From positions 45,978 to 109,977 of the forward strand of contig JAWBQR010000004.1 in the NCBI GenBank assembly GCA_038845265.1: a stretch of DNA of 64,000 nt, in the 5' to 3' direction. This DNA comes from Nitrososphaerota archaeon (GTDB lineage: Archaea; Thermoproteota; Nitrososphaeria_A; Caldarchaeales; Calditenuaceae). Position numbers and translations under genes: made by a program. The notes beneath the pieces are model-generated. The model did not search any database, was not told where the DNA came from, and worked only from the letters and a program-made list of their open reading frames with translations. This document shows, in pieces, positions 17,856 to 27,107 of the stretch (its first letter is position 1; the number at the start of each line of letters is the position of its first letter).

Positions 17856-19160
17856 TCAAGCGAAATAATCCTCTAATTGATGGTCTGTGACATTCTTTCG
17901 ATGCTGTCTTGAATAGGCATTCTTCTCATTAATTATTAATTTGCCATAAACTCCATCAAATCCTGGAATAATTTTTAATTCATTACTTCTCATTTTTCTT
18001 ATTAACTCAGCAATTCCATGACCGCCGATGCTAGCAATCTCATTGAGGGGGATATTTAGTAATATTTCATACTCTGGTCCAAGTTTATTAACCAATTTTA
18101 TATAGATATCCCATATCTTCTTCGATTGTAATCTTGATTCAATGGTGTAGTCTATTCCCAATGAGAGCGCTATCAATTCTTGCAGGGGTAATATGTATTT
18201 GAAGTCTATTGCTCCTTTAGGCCTGTATCCCATCTCCCTGTCAGCAAGTTCTTCCACCCTATCCTCGACCCCCTTCGTTAATCTTCTTCCGCATTTTGGG
18301 CAGCGGTAGTTAAGTTTTTGTGCCTCAGAGGGCGGGATTGGACCTACACCGCATCTCCGATGCCCGGACCAATGATATTTTCCATAGCTTGGCGGAACCT
18401 CAAGGGTCATTAAAACTTTAGAAGCATCTCGATTGCGCATAGCTTCAATCATTTCTTGATAGTTTGGCCTTTTCAACTCGAAAACCACAGCCTCCCTTCC
18501 AAGCCTGAATGGATAAGGACTGTGAGAGTCAGAGGAGCTGAGAAGAATATATCTATCTAGCCAACTGATACGCCAGTTCATAGGAGGGTCACTGCTTAGA
18601 CCCGTCTCTATGGCGTATATGTATCGAGTCATATCTTCATAACATTCTTCTATTCTATTAACTCCACCAATAGCCCCAAAAATTGACCACCATGGCGTCC
18701 AGGCATGTGCTGGAAAGATGAAATTATATTTACTGAGACCCATAACGACCTCAACAGCCTCCGCCGGACTAATGTTTAAAACTGGTCTTCCATCTGCAGA
18801 GATGTCACCAAACTTGTTTAGAATTTCAGAGAGCTGCTCGGCGATCTCGAGACTAGGCATTAGAATTACGTGATGGATTCTTCGGGTCTTTTTATCATAT
18901 TCATGTACAGTGGCAATCTCTGTCTGGCATACAAATAGAGGCGTACTGGACTCGTCCCTGAGGGTATAGAAACCTGAATCAGCTAATTGAGTCAATTCTG
19001 TTTTTAGCTCTTTTAACCATCCTGGATGTAGGGCATCGCCAGTGCCTACAAGGTTAAGTCCCTTTAGCCTAGCAAAATAAGCAATCTCTCTGAGAGTCAT
19101 TTTTTCAGAAGTAGCGCCGCTAAATCTCGAATGTATCTGTAGGTCGGCGTATATCCTCAT
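17856..19160 (-). CDS. endonuclease Q (EndoQ)-like PHP-domain nuclease with Zn finger (deaminated/abasic base repair)
   Basis: MRIYADLQIHSRFS...KGLNLVGTGDALHP, PAHAWTPW, SSSDSHSP..RLGRE, GKYH, CPKCGRRLTKGVEDRVEELAD and a C-terminal PGFDGVYGKL follow the block order of Pyrococcus EndoQ as I remember it. Confidence 0.7.
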   Translation of the reverse strand: MRIYADLQIHSRFSGATSEKMTLREIAYFARLKGLNLVGTGDALHPGWLKELKTELTQLADSGFYTLRDESSTPLFVCQTEIATVHEYDKKTRRIHHVILMPSLEIAEQLSEILNKFGDISADGRPVLNISPAEAVEVVMGLSKYNFIFPAHAWTPWWSIFGAIGGVNRIEECYEDMTRYIYAIETGLSSDPPMNWRISWLDRYILLSSSDSHSPYPFRLGREAVVFELKRPNYQEMIEAMRNRDASKVLMTLEVPPSYGKYHWSGHRRCGVGPIPPSEAQKLNYRCPKCGRRLTKGVEDRVEELADREMGYRPKGAIDFKYILPLQELIALSLGIDYTIESRLQSKKIWDIYIKLVNKLGPEYEILLNIPLNEIASIGGHGIAELIRKMRSNELKIIPGFDGVYGKLIINEKNAYSRQHRKNVTDHQLEDYFA

Positions 19161-19263
19161 TGATCTCGCAAATCTACATCGCTTACTGGCTATATATGTA
19201 ATGCTTTGTTAAGAATCTTTCACTTGGGAGAAGGGTTTAAATGCAGATGGATTACTCCATAGT

Positions 19264-19524
19264 GTGAGAAACTTGTCAGTTGACATCTCGTTAAAAATAC
19301 TTGGAAAGTCGCTTGGAGGAACTGTATTAGTGAAGTTAAGGAACGGGAAATTGATCAGAGGGCTACTCCAAGGCTATGACCAGCATATGAATCTAGTCCT
19401 TGATGCCGCCGAGGAGATACTAAATAATGGAACATCAACAAAGCTTGGAATCATAATTGTCCGAGGAGACAACATAGTAATGGTATCACCTGCTGTATTA
19501 AAGAAGGAAGAACAGACAGGATGA
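19264..19524 (+). CDS. Sm-like archaeal protein (SmAP/LSm)
   Basis: Sm1 [39 protein letters not shown] and Sm2 [17 protein letters not shown] start at 19264; the true start may be slightly downstream. Confidence 0.85.
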   Translation: MRNLSVDISLKILGKSLGGTVLVKLRNGKLIRGLLQGYDQHMNLVLDAAEEILNNGTSTKLGIIIVRGDNIVMVSPAVLKKEEQTG

Positions 19525-19534
19525 GGCGAACAAC

Positions 19535-19708
19535 ATGAAGGGTACCCCTTCGATGGGAAAATTCAAGACACCCACTCATGGTAGATGTCGGAGATGCGGA
19601 CGACGCTCATTTAACTATCATAGGAGGAGATGTTCTCATTGTGGCTTCGGTGAGTCGAGGAGATGGAGAAGTTATAGATGGATGAAAAGTCTAAAAGAAA
19701 GAACGTAG
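19535..19708 (+). CDS. rpl37e: 50S ribosomal protein L37e (Zn-ribbon)
   Basis: 57-aa ORF missed by the 60-aa ORF track: [44 protein letters not shown]... The C4 zinc ribbon CRRCG...CSHCG and the KGTPS..GK..K.TH N-terminus are diagnostic of L37e. It sits immediately after the Sm gene, the classic archaeal Sm-L37e pair. Confidence 0.8.
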   Translation: MKGTPSMGKFKTPTHGRCRRCGRRSFNYHRRRCSHCGFGESRRWRSYRWMKSLKERT

Positions 19709-19713
19709 ACTGA

Positions 19714-22437
19714 TTAAGCATTCATTTTAAGTAATTGTCTTAAAACATATGGCAGCACTCCACCATTGTTGAAGTATTCTACCTCAGCATGATTGTTAAG
19801 CATAGCAGTCACGTTAAAGGTAATCTCTCCCTCATTATTCCTCGCTATCACTCTGAGCTTTTTCCTCGGAGAGAGCCCATCCGATATTCCCTGAATCTCG
19901 TAAAGCTCCTTTCCACTAAGTCCAAGCTCCCTCCACCCCTCGTTAGGCTCAAACTGAAGAGGAAGCACACCCATGCATATCAAGTTGCTTCGATGTATTC
20001 TTTCAAAGCTTTCTGCTATTACTGCCCTCACTCCTAGTAGCTTTACTCCTTTAGCCGCCCAATCCCTAGAGCTGCCAGCGCCATATTGTTTACCAGCGAT
20101 GATGATTAGGGGCGTACCCTCTTTTTTATACCTCTGGGCCGCGTCAAAAATTGTCATTTTCTCCCCGCTCGGCATATGAACCGTCCACCATCCCTCCGAG
20201 TCTGGCAAAAGGTAATTCTTCAGATGAATATTTGAAAATGTGCCTCTCTCCATTACTTCGTGGTTTCCTCTCCTTGCGCCGTAAGTATTGAAGTCCGTTG
20301 GATCGACTCCAAGGCTTCTTAAGTAAGCTCCCGCTGGACTGTCGATATGAATTGCCCCGGCTGGGGAGATATGATCTGTCGTTACCCTATCGCCCAACAA
20401 GACAAGTACTCTGGCACCTCTTATATCGCTCGGCCTATCTGTGGTTAGCTTAAATTCATCAAGAAATGGCGGTCTCTTAATGTAAGTTGATGTATCATCC
20501 CATTGAAATACTAGTCCAGTAGGTGCTGGAAGTGATTCCCATAGTTCATCACCCTTAAAGACGTCGCTATAGATTTTGATGAATTTCTCAGGTGAAACCA
20601 GATTTCTCTTTATTCTTTCAATCTCTTCTGGGCTAGGCCAGATGTCTCTCAGATAGACAGGCTTACTATCTATATAACTCAGCGGCTCGTTGAGCAGGTC
20701 GATATCTAGTTTTCCAGCAATTGCATACGCAACTACTAGGATAGGCGAGGCCAAGAAACAACCACGAACCTGGGGATGGATTCTCCCCTCGAAATTTCTA
20801 TTGCCACTAATCACTGCACAGGTGTAAAGCTTTTCCTTGTCAACTGCCTCAGCGACTTCTCTTATTAATGGTCCACTGTTGCCTATGCATGTCGTACATC
20901 CGTAACCAACTATGTGGAAACCTAGTTTTTCCAGGTATTGAAGCAGTCCGGAATGTCTGAGATATTCAGTCACTACTCTTGAGCCAGGAGCTAAGCTCGT
21001 CTTTACATGAGGTTTGACTGAAAGCCCCAATTCAAATGCTTTCTTCGCAATCAGTCCGGCACCAATCATCAATGATGGATTAGAGGTATTTGCACAGCTA
21101 GTTATAGCCGCAATCACTACTGCGCCATCATCTATTACTGACTCTCTTCCATCAATATTGATTTTTACTCCTCCTACACTTCTTGTACGTGGTTCCTTTA
21201 TCCGAGAGCGGTAATTCCTAATATGCTCTAAGATAATTTTCTTTACTTGACTTAGTGGAATTCTGTCCTCTGGATTTGCAGGACCAGAGACTGAAGGCTC
21301 AATGCTTGAAAGATCAATATCTATTATCTTACTATATGATATTGATTCAGAATCATGGTCATCTAGGAAAAAGCCTACCTCTCTACAGTAGATTTCGATA
21401 CTCTTGACAAGCTCTGGTGTTCTTCCAGTTTGTAGGAGATAGTCCATTGTGGAGCTGTCTATGGGGAAAAATCCAATCGTTGCACCATATTCTGGCGCCA
21501 TATTAGATATAGTTGTCCGATCAGGCACTCTTAGCGACTTAACTCCTGGACCAAAGAACTCCACGAATTTCCCTACTAGATCTTGACTTCTCAGGCTTTC
21601 TGTAATCGTTAAAGCAAGGTCTGTAGCAGTGACATTTTTAGGCATCTCTCCAACAAGCCTCACCCCAACAACCTCTGAGAATGATAATGGATATGGAAGG
21701 CCTAGTAATGCCGCTTCGGCCTCAATTCCGCCTACACCCCAGCCCAAAACACCCAGACCATTTACCATAGTAGTATGAGAATCAGTGCCTAGAACGATCT
21801 CGGGAAACATTATAAAGCCCCTTTCTGTTTGCCTAAAATCGATTACTTTGGCGAGGTGTTCAATGTTTACTTGATGAATTATTCCCTTGCCTGGTGGAAT
21901 TACTCTAAGATTATCGAATGCGGATTGTGCCCATTTTAGAAAGATGTATCTCTCCCTATTTCTTTTATACTCGACTTCGATATTATACCTATACGCATCA
22001 GGCGACCCGAAAAAATCAACACTTAGTGAGTGATCAATTACTAGGTGGGTAGGAATCTTCGGATTAATTATTGACGGGTTGATGCCAATTTTTTTGACAG
22101 CATCCCTCATTGCCGCTAAATCTACTATCAAGGGTATACCTGTAAAATCTTGGAGTAAAATTCTCGTAGGGAACAATGGTACTTCTATCCCAGATAAATC
22201 TCTATCGATGCGCCATTTATCAAAACTCCTAATAACAGAATCATCAATCAAGACACCATCATAATTCCTTACAACATTTTCAAGAAGCATCCTAACGCAG
22301 TAAGGCATTTTCCATAAATCCTTTACATATCCAATCTCTTCAAGCTCAGAAATGTCGTAGTATGACATAGTCCCAATGGGCGTATTCAAACTCTTAATGA
22401 CTTCAGTTACCCCTCTCTTTTCCATCCCTGATATCAA
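19714..22437 (-). CDS. acnA: aconitate hydratase (AcnA-type, 907 aa)
   Basis: Fe-S ligand regions (ITSCANTSNPS; GYGCTTCIGNSG), the SGNRNFEGR motif and a swivel domain. The length is typical of AcnA/IRP-type aconitases. Confidence 0.9.
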   Translation of the reverse strand: MISGMEKRGVTEVIKSLNTPIGTMSYYDISELEEIGYVKDLWKMPYCVRMLLENVVRNYDGVLIDDSVIRSFDKWRIDRDLSGIEVPLFPTRILLQDFTGIPLIVDLAAMRDAVKKIGINPSIINPKIPTHLVIDHSLSVDFFGSPDAYRYNIEVEYKRNRERYIFLKWAQSAFDNLRVIPPGKGIIHQVNIEHLAKVIDFRQTERGFIMFPEIVLGTDSHTTMVNGLGVLGWGVGGIEAEAALLGLPYPLSFSEVVGVRLVGEMPKNVTATDLALTITESLRSQDLVGKFVEFFGPGVKSLRVPDRTTISNMAPEYGATIGFFPIDSSTMDYLLQTGRTPELVKSIEIYCREVGFFLDDHDSESISYSKIIDIDLSSIEPSVSGPANPEDRIPLSQVKKIILEHIRNYRSRIKEPRTRSVGGVKINIDGRESVIDDGAVVIAAITSCANTSNPSLMIGAGLIAKKAFELGLSVKPHVKTSLAPGSRVVTEYLRHSGLLQYLEKLGFHIVGYGCTTCIGNSGPLIREVAEAVDKEKLYTCAVISGNRNFEGRIHPQVRGCFLASPILVVAYAIAGKLDIDLLNEPLSYIDSKPVYLRDIWPSPEEIERIKRNLVSPEKFIKIYSDVFKGDELWESLPAPTGLVFQWDDTSTYIKRPPFLDEFKLTTDRPSDIRGARVLVLLGDRVTTDHISPAGAIHIDSPAGAYLRSLGVDPTDFNTYGARRGNHEVMERGTFSNIHLKNYLLPDSEGWWTVHMPSGEKMTIFDAAQRYKKEGTPLIIIAGKQYGAGSSRDWAAKGVKLLGVRAVIAESFERIHRSNLICMGVLPLQFEPNEGWRELGLSGKELYEIQGISDGLSPRKKLRVIARNNEGEITFNVTAMLNNHAEVEYFNNGGVLPYVLRQLLKMNA

Positions 22438-22525
22438 TGCTGATTTTTTATAAGGAATAATTTAAACGATCACAAATAACCGCAATTAGTTACTTGACAT
22501 AAATTCATTATACCTAAATCTCGAG

Positions 22526-23047
22526 CTACGATGCTGCTATGTATACGAAATGGGGCAACTCCTTACCAAAGATCTCAATCGCCATTTTTACAGCGTCGGG
22601 CGAGCCTGGCAGCACCATTATTACTTTCTTATTTATCGTGCCTGCTGTGGCCCTCGTGAGAGCCGCGGCTGGGCCTATCTTTTTATAGCTTTCGAATCTA
22701 AGAATTTCTCCGAATCCCTCTATCTCCTTTTCAAGCAGTGGCTTTATGGCCTCGATTGTTAAGTCTCTTCTTGCCAGGCCTGTTCCGCCGGTCACTAATA
22801 CAATATCTGCATTATGGGATAGAGCCTCAAATAATTTATCCCTAATCATTGCGACATCGTCATTTACAACTCCGAGATACTCGACGCTATAGCCCAAATT
22901 TTTTAATAAATTTACGGCTATTGTTCCAGAATCGTCGACGACATCATTGCCCCTCTGGATTTTTGCATATCTAGAGGTGCTAGCCGTGAATACAGCAATT
23001 TTTAGCGTACTTGGAGCTCTTGACTTATGTTCCTCCACTGCGCCCAT
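22526..23047 (-). CDS. moaB: molybdopterin biosynthesis MoaB/MogA-family protein
   Basis: KIAVFTASTSR...VVDDSG, ADIVLVTGGTG and PGSP are hallmarks of the MogA/MoaB fold. Confidence 0.8.
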   Translation of the reverse strand: MGAVEEHKSRAPSTLKIAVFTASTSRYAKIQRGNDVVDDSGTIAVNLLKNLGYSVEYLGVVNDDVAMIRDKLFEALSHNADIVLVTGGTGLARRDLTIEAIKPLLEKEIEGFGEILRFESYKKIGPAAALTRATAGTINKKVIMVLPGSPDAVKMAIEIFGKELPHFVYIAAS

Positions 23048-23241
23048 ATCGAAAAGAGAGATATGCGTTAGATTTAATTCTTTGTAAACTTAAACCTTTG
23101 ATAAGAATATGTATGAAAGGGTTCTCTGACTTTTAGAAACAGGTTTATATTTTGAAATAGGACTCCATCAGATGGTGATAGGGGCTAAGCATAGAGGTAA
23201 GCCTCGTATGTCGTGAGTGCGGGACTGAGTATGGACATGTT

Positions 23242-24423
23242 TTGTCCCATGTCTGCCAGGAATGTTTCGGCGCATTAGAGACTATTTACAACTATGAAAA
23301 GATAAGGGTGGAGAGAAGCAAAATTGAGTCACGAGTAGCTTCGATGTGGCGGTATAGAGAACTCTTACCGATAATTGACAATAAACACATAGTAAGTTTA
23401 GGTGCAGGTTTTACTCCAATGATAAGGGCTGATAAGTTAGCCAGACTGATTGGTATCAGAAGGCTTTACATAAAAAACGATACCATAAATCCAACTTACA
23501 GCTTTAAAGATCGGCCGGCAAGTGTCGCCATATCTAAAGCCTCCGAATTCGGTGTAAAAATCGTCGGATGCGCCTCAACTGGGAACCTAGCAAGCGCAAC
23601 CGCTGCCCATGCGGCTGCATCCGGACTAGGATGCATAGTTTTTATGCCAAGCACTGTAGAGAGCGAAAAAATTAAGCAGGCATCAATCTATGGAGCCAAT
23701 GTAGTGCTGATTGAGGGGACATATGATGATGTAAATAGACTTGCTGCGCTGGCCGCTGACCGATTCGGTTTAGGAATCGTGAATGTCAATCTTAGACCAT
23801 ATTACGTTGAGGGATCGAAGACTATGGGATTGGAGATAATTGAGCAGTTAGGATGGAGGCTACCTGATAGGATAATTGTTCCTTCTGCCAGTGGAGCGCT
23901 CCTCTCAGCAATCTACAAAGGGATAGAAGAGGCTGAAAGAATAGGACTTATAAATAGCACTACAGTTGCCATGACTTGCGCTCAGCCTCTCGGCTGCTCA
24001 CCCATTGTAGACGCGTTTAAGAAGAAACTCAGTGAAATAGTACCTGTAAGAAAACCTACCACTATTGTGCAGAGTCTCGCAATTGGTGATCCAGGTGATG
24101 GATATGAAGTACTTAAAGTCGTAAGAAAAACAGGAGGCACATGCGAAGCAGTCAGTGATGAAGAAGCATTAATGGCGGTCAGAATGCTCGCTTCGGAGAC
24201 CGGAATATTTGCCGAGCCGGGCGGGGCGATATCTATAGCGGTCTTGAAAAAGTTGATTGACCAAGGCGAGATAGGCCATGACGAAGAAGTAGTTTGCTGT
24301 ATAACTGGAAGTGGACTCAAAACACTTGAGATAACACCGCCCGGACAGAATATTCACAAAACCGAGACGAAATTTGAATCTCTAAGCATACTATTAAACA
24401 ACATCACACAGCTTTACCGGTAA
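23242..24423 (+). CDS. thrC: threonine synthase (PLP fold-type II) with N-terminal Zn-ribbon
   Basis: PLP-lysine motif YSFKDRPAS plus GCASTGNLASATAAHAA and a C-terminal ITGSGLK. The coordinates follow the ORF track (TTG at 23242). The in-frame upstream sequence back to the stop at 23179 encodes the first CxxC of a C-x2-C-x10-C-x2-C ribbon (…SLVCRECGTEYGHVLSHVCQECFG), so the real start lies upstream (see findings). Confidence 0.8.
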   Translation: MSHVCQECFGALETIYNYEKIRVERSKIESRVASMWRYRELLPIIDNKHIVSLGAGFTPMIRADKLARLIGIRRLYIKNDTINPTYSFKDRPASVAISKASEFGVKIVGCASTGNLASATAAHAAASGLGCIVFMPSTVESEKIKQASIYGANVVLIEGTYDDVNRLAALAADRFGLGIVNVNLRPYYVEGSKTMGLEIIEQLGWRLPDRIIVPSASGALLSAIYKGIEEAERIGLINSTTVAMTCAQPLGCSPIVDAFKKKLSEIVPVRKPTTIVQSLAIGDPGDGYEVLKVVRKTGGTCEAVSDEEALMAVRMLASETGIFAEPGGAISIAVLKKLIDQGEIGHDEEVVCCITGSGLKTLEITPPGQNIHKTETKFESLSILLNNITQLYR

Positions 24424-24492
24424 GCTGTATTGAGCCATCATCCTCGATTAATTAAATCATTTATATAAATAACCTAATATGTTTTAAGAGAC

Positions 24493-24777
24493 ATGGCGAA
24501 GATAAGGGTACTAGTGACTGCTGCGCTCTCGACCTACATGAATGGCGACAGAGAGATAATCATCGAGGCAGAGACGGTTAGAGACCTGATCGATAAGCTC
24601 ATAACAAAGTATGGAAAGAACTTGGCATCAAGACTATTAGACGAGAACGGCAAGATTAGAAGATTCATAAATATCTATGTAAATGATAAGAATGTTCGTG
24701 TCGATGAGACGGAATTGAAGCTAAAAGACGGTGACCAAATACTGATCCTGCCCGCCGTAAGTGGTGGAAAATTCTAA
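24493..24777 (+). CDS. MoaD/ThiS-like small sulfur-carrier/ubiquitin-fold protein ending ...VSGG-KF
   Basis: 94-aa beta-grasp-like protein (MAKIRVLV...DGDQILILPAVSGGKF). A C-terminal Gly-Gly is followed by two extra residues before the stop. Confidence 0.6.
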   Translation: MAKIRVLVTAALSTYMNGDREIIIEAETVRDLIDKLITKYGKNLASRLLDENGKIRRFINIYVNDKNVRVDETELKLKDGDQILILPAVSGGKF

Positions 24778-24837
24778 AAGCTCCGGTAAGCCCTATAAAT
24801 CATAATTTATTAACTCCTACTCTTTAATTTGGATTAG

Positions 24838-25233
24838 ATGAGTAAGCCGGTAGACTTGGGCTCCATTAAGGAGGGAGGAAACATAATAATCGACGGCGAG
24901 CCATGCAGAGTCGTCGAGGTTGAAAAATCAAAGCCAGGAAAACACGGCTCAGCTAAAGTCAGACTAGTCGCTATAGGCATATTTGACGGAGTTAAGAGAA
25001 GTATGGTAGGCCCAGCTGATCAAAGGGTAGAAGTACCCATCATCGAGAAGAGGTCAGGCCAAGTCGTGTCAGTCGGAGAGACGGTAAGCGTAATGGACAA
25101 AGAAAGCCTAGAAATAGTTGAAGTGCCTCTTCCTGCCGATCAGTCATTGGCCACCAGGCTCGAGCCAGGAGTAACGGTTGAGTACTGGAAGGTTTTAGAC
25201 CGATACTTAATTAATCAAGTACGTTCTGAATAA
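24838..25233 (+). CDS. eif5a: translation initiation factor 5A (aIF-5A)
   Basis: Hypusination loop SKPGKHGSAKVR and a C-terminal OB domain; 131 aa. Confidence 0.9.
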   Translation: MSKPVDLGSIKEGGNIIIDGEPCRVVEVEKSKPGKHGSAKVRLVAIGIFDGVKRSMVGPADQRVEVPIIEKRSGQVVSVGETVSVMDKESLEIVEVPLPADQSLATRLEPGVTVEYWKVLDRYLINQVRSE

Positions 25234-25347
25234 ATATTTTTTGAAGTATGATAATTGAAGTAAACATTTTGATCTCTTAAATATAAGTATTATCTTGTCT
25301 TCAAAGAAAAATTTATATTTTAATAATTTCATACTATTAATTGAAGT

Positions 25348-25947
25348 ATGATGAATAAAACATACAAAAATAATAGTAAAAAAGGGCTGACCGGGTTAGA
25401 GACTGCAATAATACTGATAAGCTTCGTAATTGTCGCAGCTGCGTTTTCATTTGCTGTACTTAACTTGGGGCTCTTCACAACCCAGAAGAGCGGTGAAGTC
25501 CTACAGGCAGGACTCGAGGAGGCAACATCCGCGATTGAGACGGTAGGAGGCGTAATTGCTCAAAGCTCTGGCGATACAGTATCGAATGTTACTGTTTATT
25601 TCAAAGTGTCGGTCGGTAAAAGACCAATTGATATGAGGGTGGGACAACTTGTAATTAGTTATCATGACAGCAGAGCAAGTATACCGAATGTCTATACTTC
25701 GAACGCTACTTCTCTTCCACTAATATCAAGTTCAAGCCCAGGGGTGATGGTTAGACAGATAACTGGAGATGGTGATAATTTAATAGAGTATGGTGAGCTT
25801 TGGTCTGTCACCATCGCAATCGCAGAGCTTAAAGATCTTTCGCCAAACGAGGTCTTTGCTATCGAGTTAAAGCCACCTACCGGTTCTGTTCTAAAGGTTG
25901 AGAGAAGACTGCCGCCGGCGTTGGATCAAGTGATGGACCTAACCTAA
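25348..25947 (+). CDS. archaeal type IV pilin/archaellin-like protein (class III signal peptide)
   Basis: N-terminus KKGLTGLETAIILISFVIVAAAFSFAVLNLG is the archaeal prepilin/flagellin motif (the peptidase cleaves before the hydrophobic helix). The rest is Ser/Thr-rich and beta-like. Confidence 0.65.
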   Translation: MMNKTYKNNSKKGLTGLETAIILISFVIVAAAFSFAVLNLGLFTTQKSGEVLQAGLEEATSAIETVGGVIAQSSGDTVSNVTVYFKVSVGKRPIDMRVGQLVISYHDSRASIPNVYTSNATSLPLISSSSPGVMVRQITGDGDNLIEYGELWSVTIAIAELKDLSPNEVFAIELKPPTGSVLKVERRLPPALDQVMDLT

Positions 25948-25994
25948 ACTCACTAAACATTTTTTTATTTATTTTTTATTTTTTTATATGGACT

Positions 25995-27107
25995 TTGAGG
26001 ATATCGTTCACTGCGTCCGGTAATCATGTTGGCGGTGCAACTATGGCGATGTTTAATCTAATGATTGGACTACTGCGGCTGGGACATGAGCCTGTATTAA
26101 TTGCAACCACTCCGTCTAAGAAGTATGAAGATCATTTCGAAAGACTGAGAAAAATTGGAGTAGAAATGCATTTCACCGGCACAGCCCATTCAGGACTCAC
26201 TCATTGGCTACGCCTTGCAAGCCATGCCTTGACTAATTTAAATAGGTACAATATTGATTTGGTACATCTTCACCTTCCTAAAGAAGCTGCCTTTCTTTTT
26301 TACACTCTGAAATCACTTCATATACCTGTAGTTTCGACGTTTGAGGGGGACCCATTCTTGGAGGCGAGATTTGATGTTACGTTTGATAAGGGAATAATCA
26401 TTAAGGTTGGTAGTAACTTGATGGCTATGGCTGATGCGGTTACTGCTTGTTCGTCATGGCTTGCTGGGCGGCTGGGTAGAGTGTGGAATATTAATGTTTA
26501 TGCAGTTCCAAATCCAATTGATGTAGAAAGGTTTCTAGGAATAAAAGAATGGTGTGGAAGCGAGAAGATAGTTGTCGCGCTTGCTAGGCTTGTCCCCATA
26601 AAGGGAATAGATGTATTAGTCAAGGCGGCTAGACGAGTCTCATCTGAATGTAGAGATGTACGCTTCATAGTTGCGGGCGAGGGACCATCTAAGCAGGAAT
26701 TGATGGGCCTGATAAACAAGTATGGATTAAGAGAAGTTTTTAGCTTAGTCGGATTTATATCTTCACCGGAAAATCTGCTGTCCAAGTCTTACATGGTAGT
26801 CATGCCGTCGCTTTATGAGCCCTTTGGAATGCCGGCAGCCGAGGCCGGCGCTGCACTTAGACCAGTCGTGGCCTCCAATACTGGTGGACTTGCCGAGATT
26901 GTGATTGATGGTTACAATGGTTTTCTTGCTAGACCGGGAGATCCAGTCGACCTGGCCGACAAGATAATTTGGCTTCTTGAAAACGAAGATGTCTCAAAGG
27001 AAATGGGCCGTAGGGGCAGAGTTAGGGTTTTAGAGAACTATACACCAGTACTGGTTGCTAAGAAATATCTCGAGATCTATCAGCGGGCCCTTAACAATTC
27101 TAGGTAG
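25995..27107 (+). CDS. glycosyltransferase family 4 (GT-B, retaining)
   Basis: EX7E region EPFGMPAAEAGAALRPVVASNTGGLAEIV. The N-terminal domain has the GT4 layout. Confidence 0.85.
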   Translation: MRISFTASGNHVGGATMAMFNLMIGLLRLGHEPVLIATTPSKKYEDHFERLRKIGVEMHFTGTAHSGLTHWLRLASHALTNLNRYNIDLVHLHLPKEAAFLFYTLKSLHIPVVSTFEGDPFLEARFDVTFDKGIIIKVGSNLMAMADAVTACSSWLAGRLGRVWNINVYAVPNPIDVERFLGIKEWCGSEKIVVALARLVPIKGIDVLVKAARRVSSECRDVRFIVAGEGPSKQELMGLINKYGLREVFSLVGFISSPENLLSKSYMVVMPSLYEPFGMPAAEAGAALRPVVASNTGGLAEIVIDGYNGFLARPGDPVDLADKIIWLLENEDVSKEMGRRGRVRVLENYTPVLVAKKYLEIYQRALNNSR

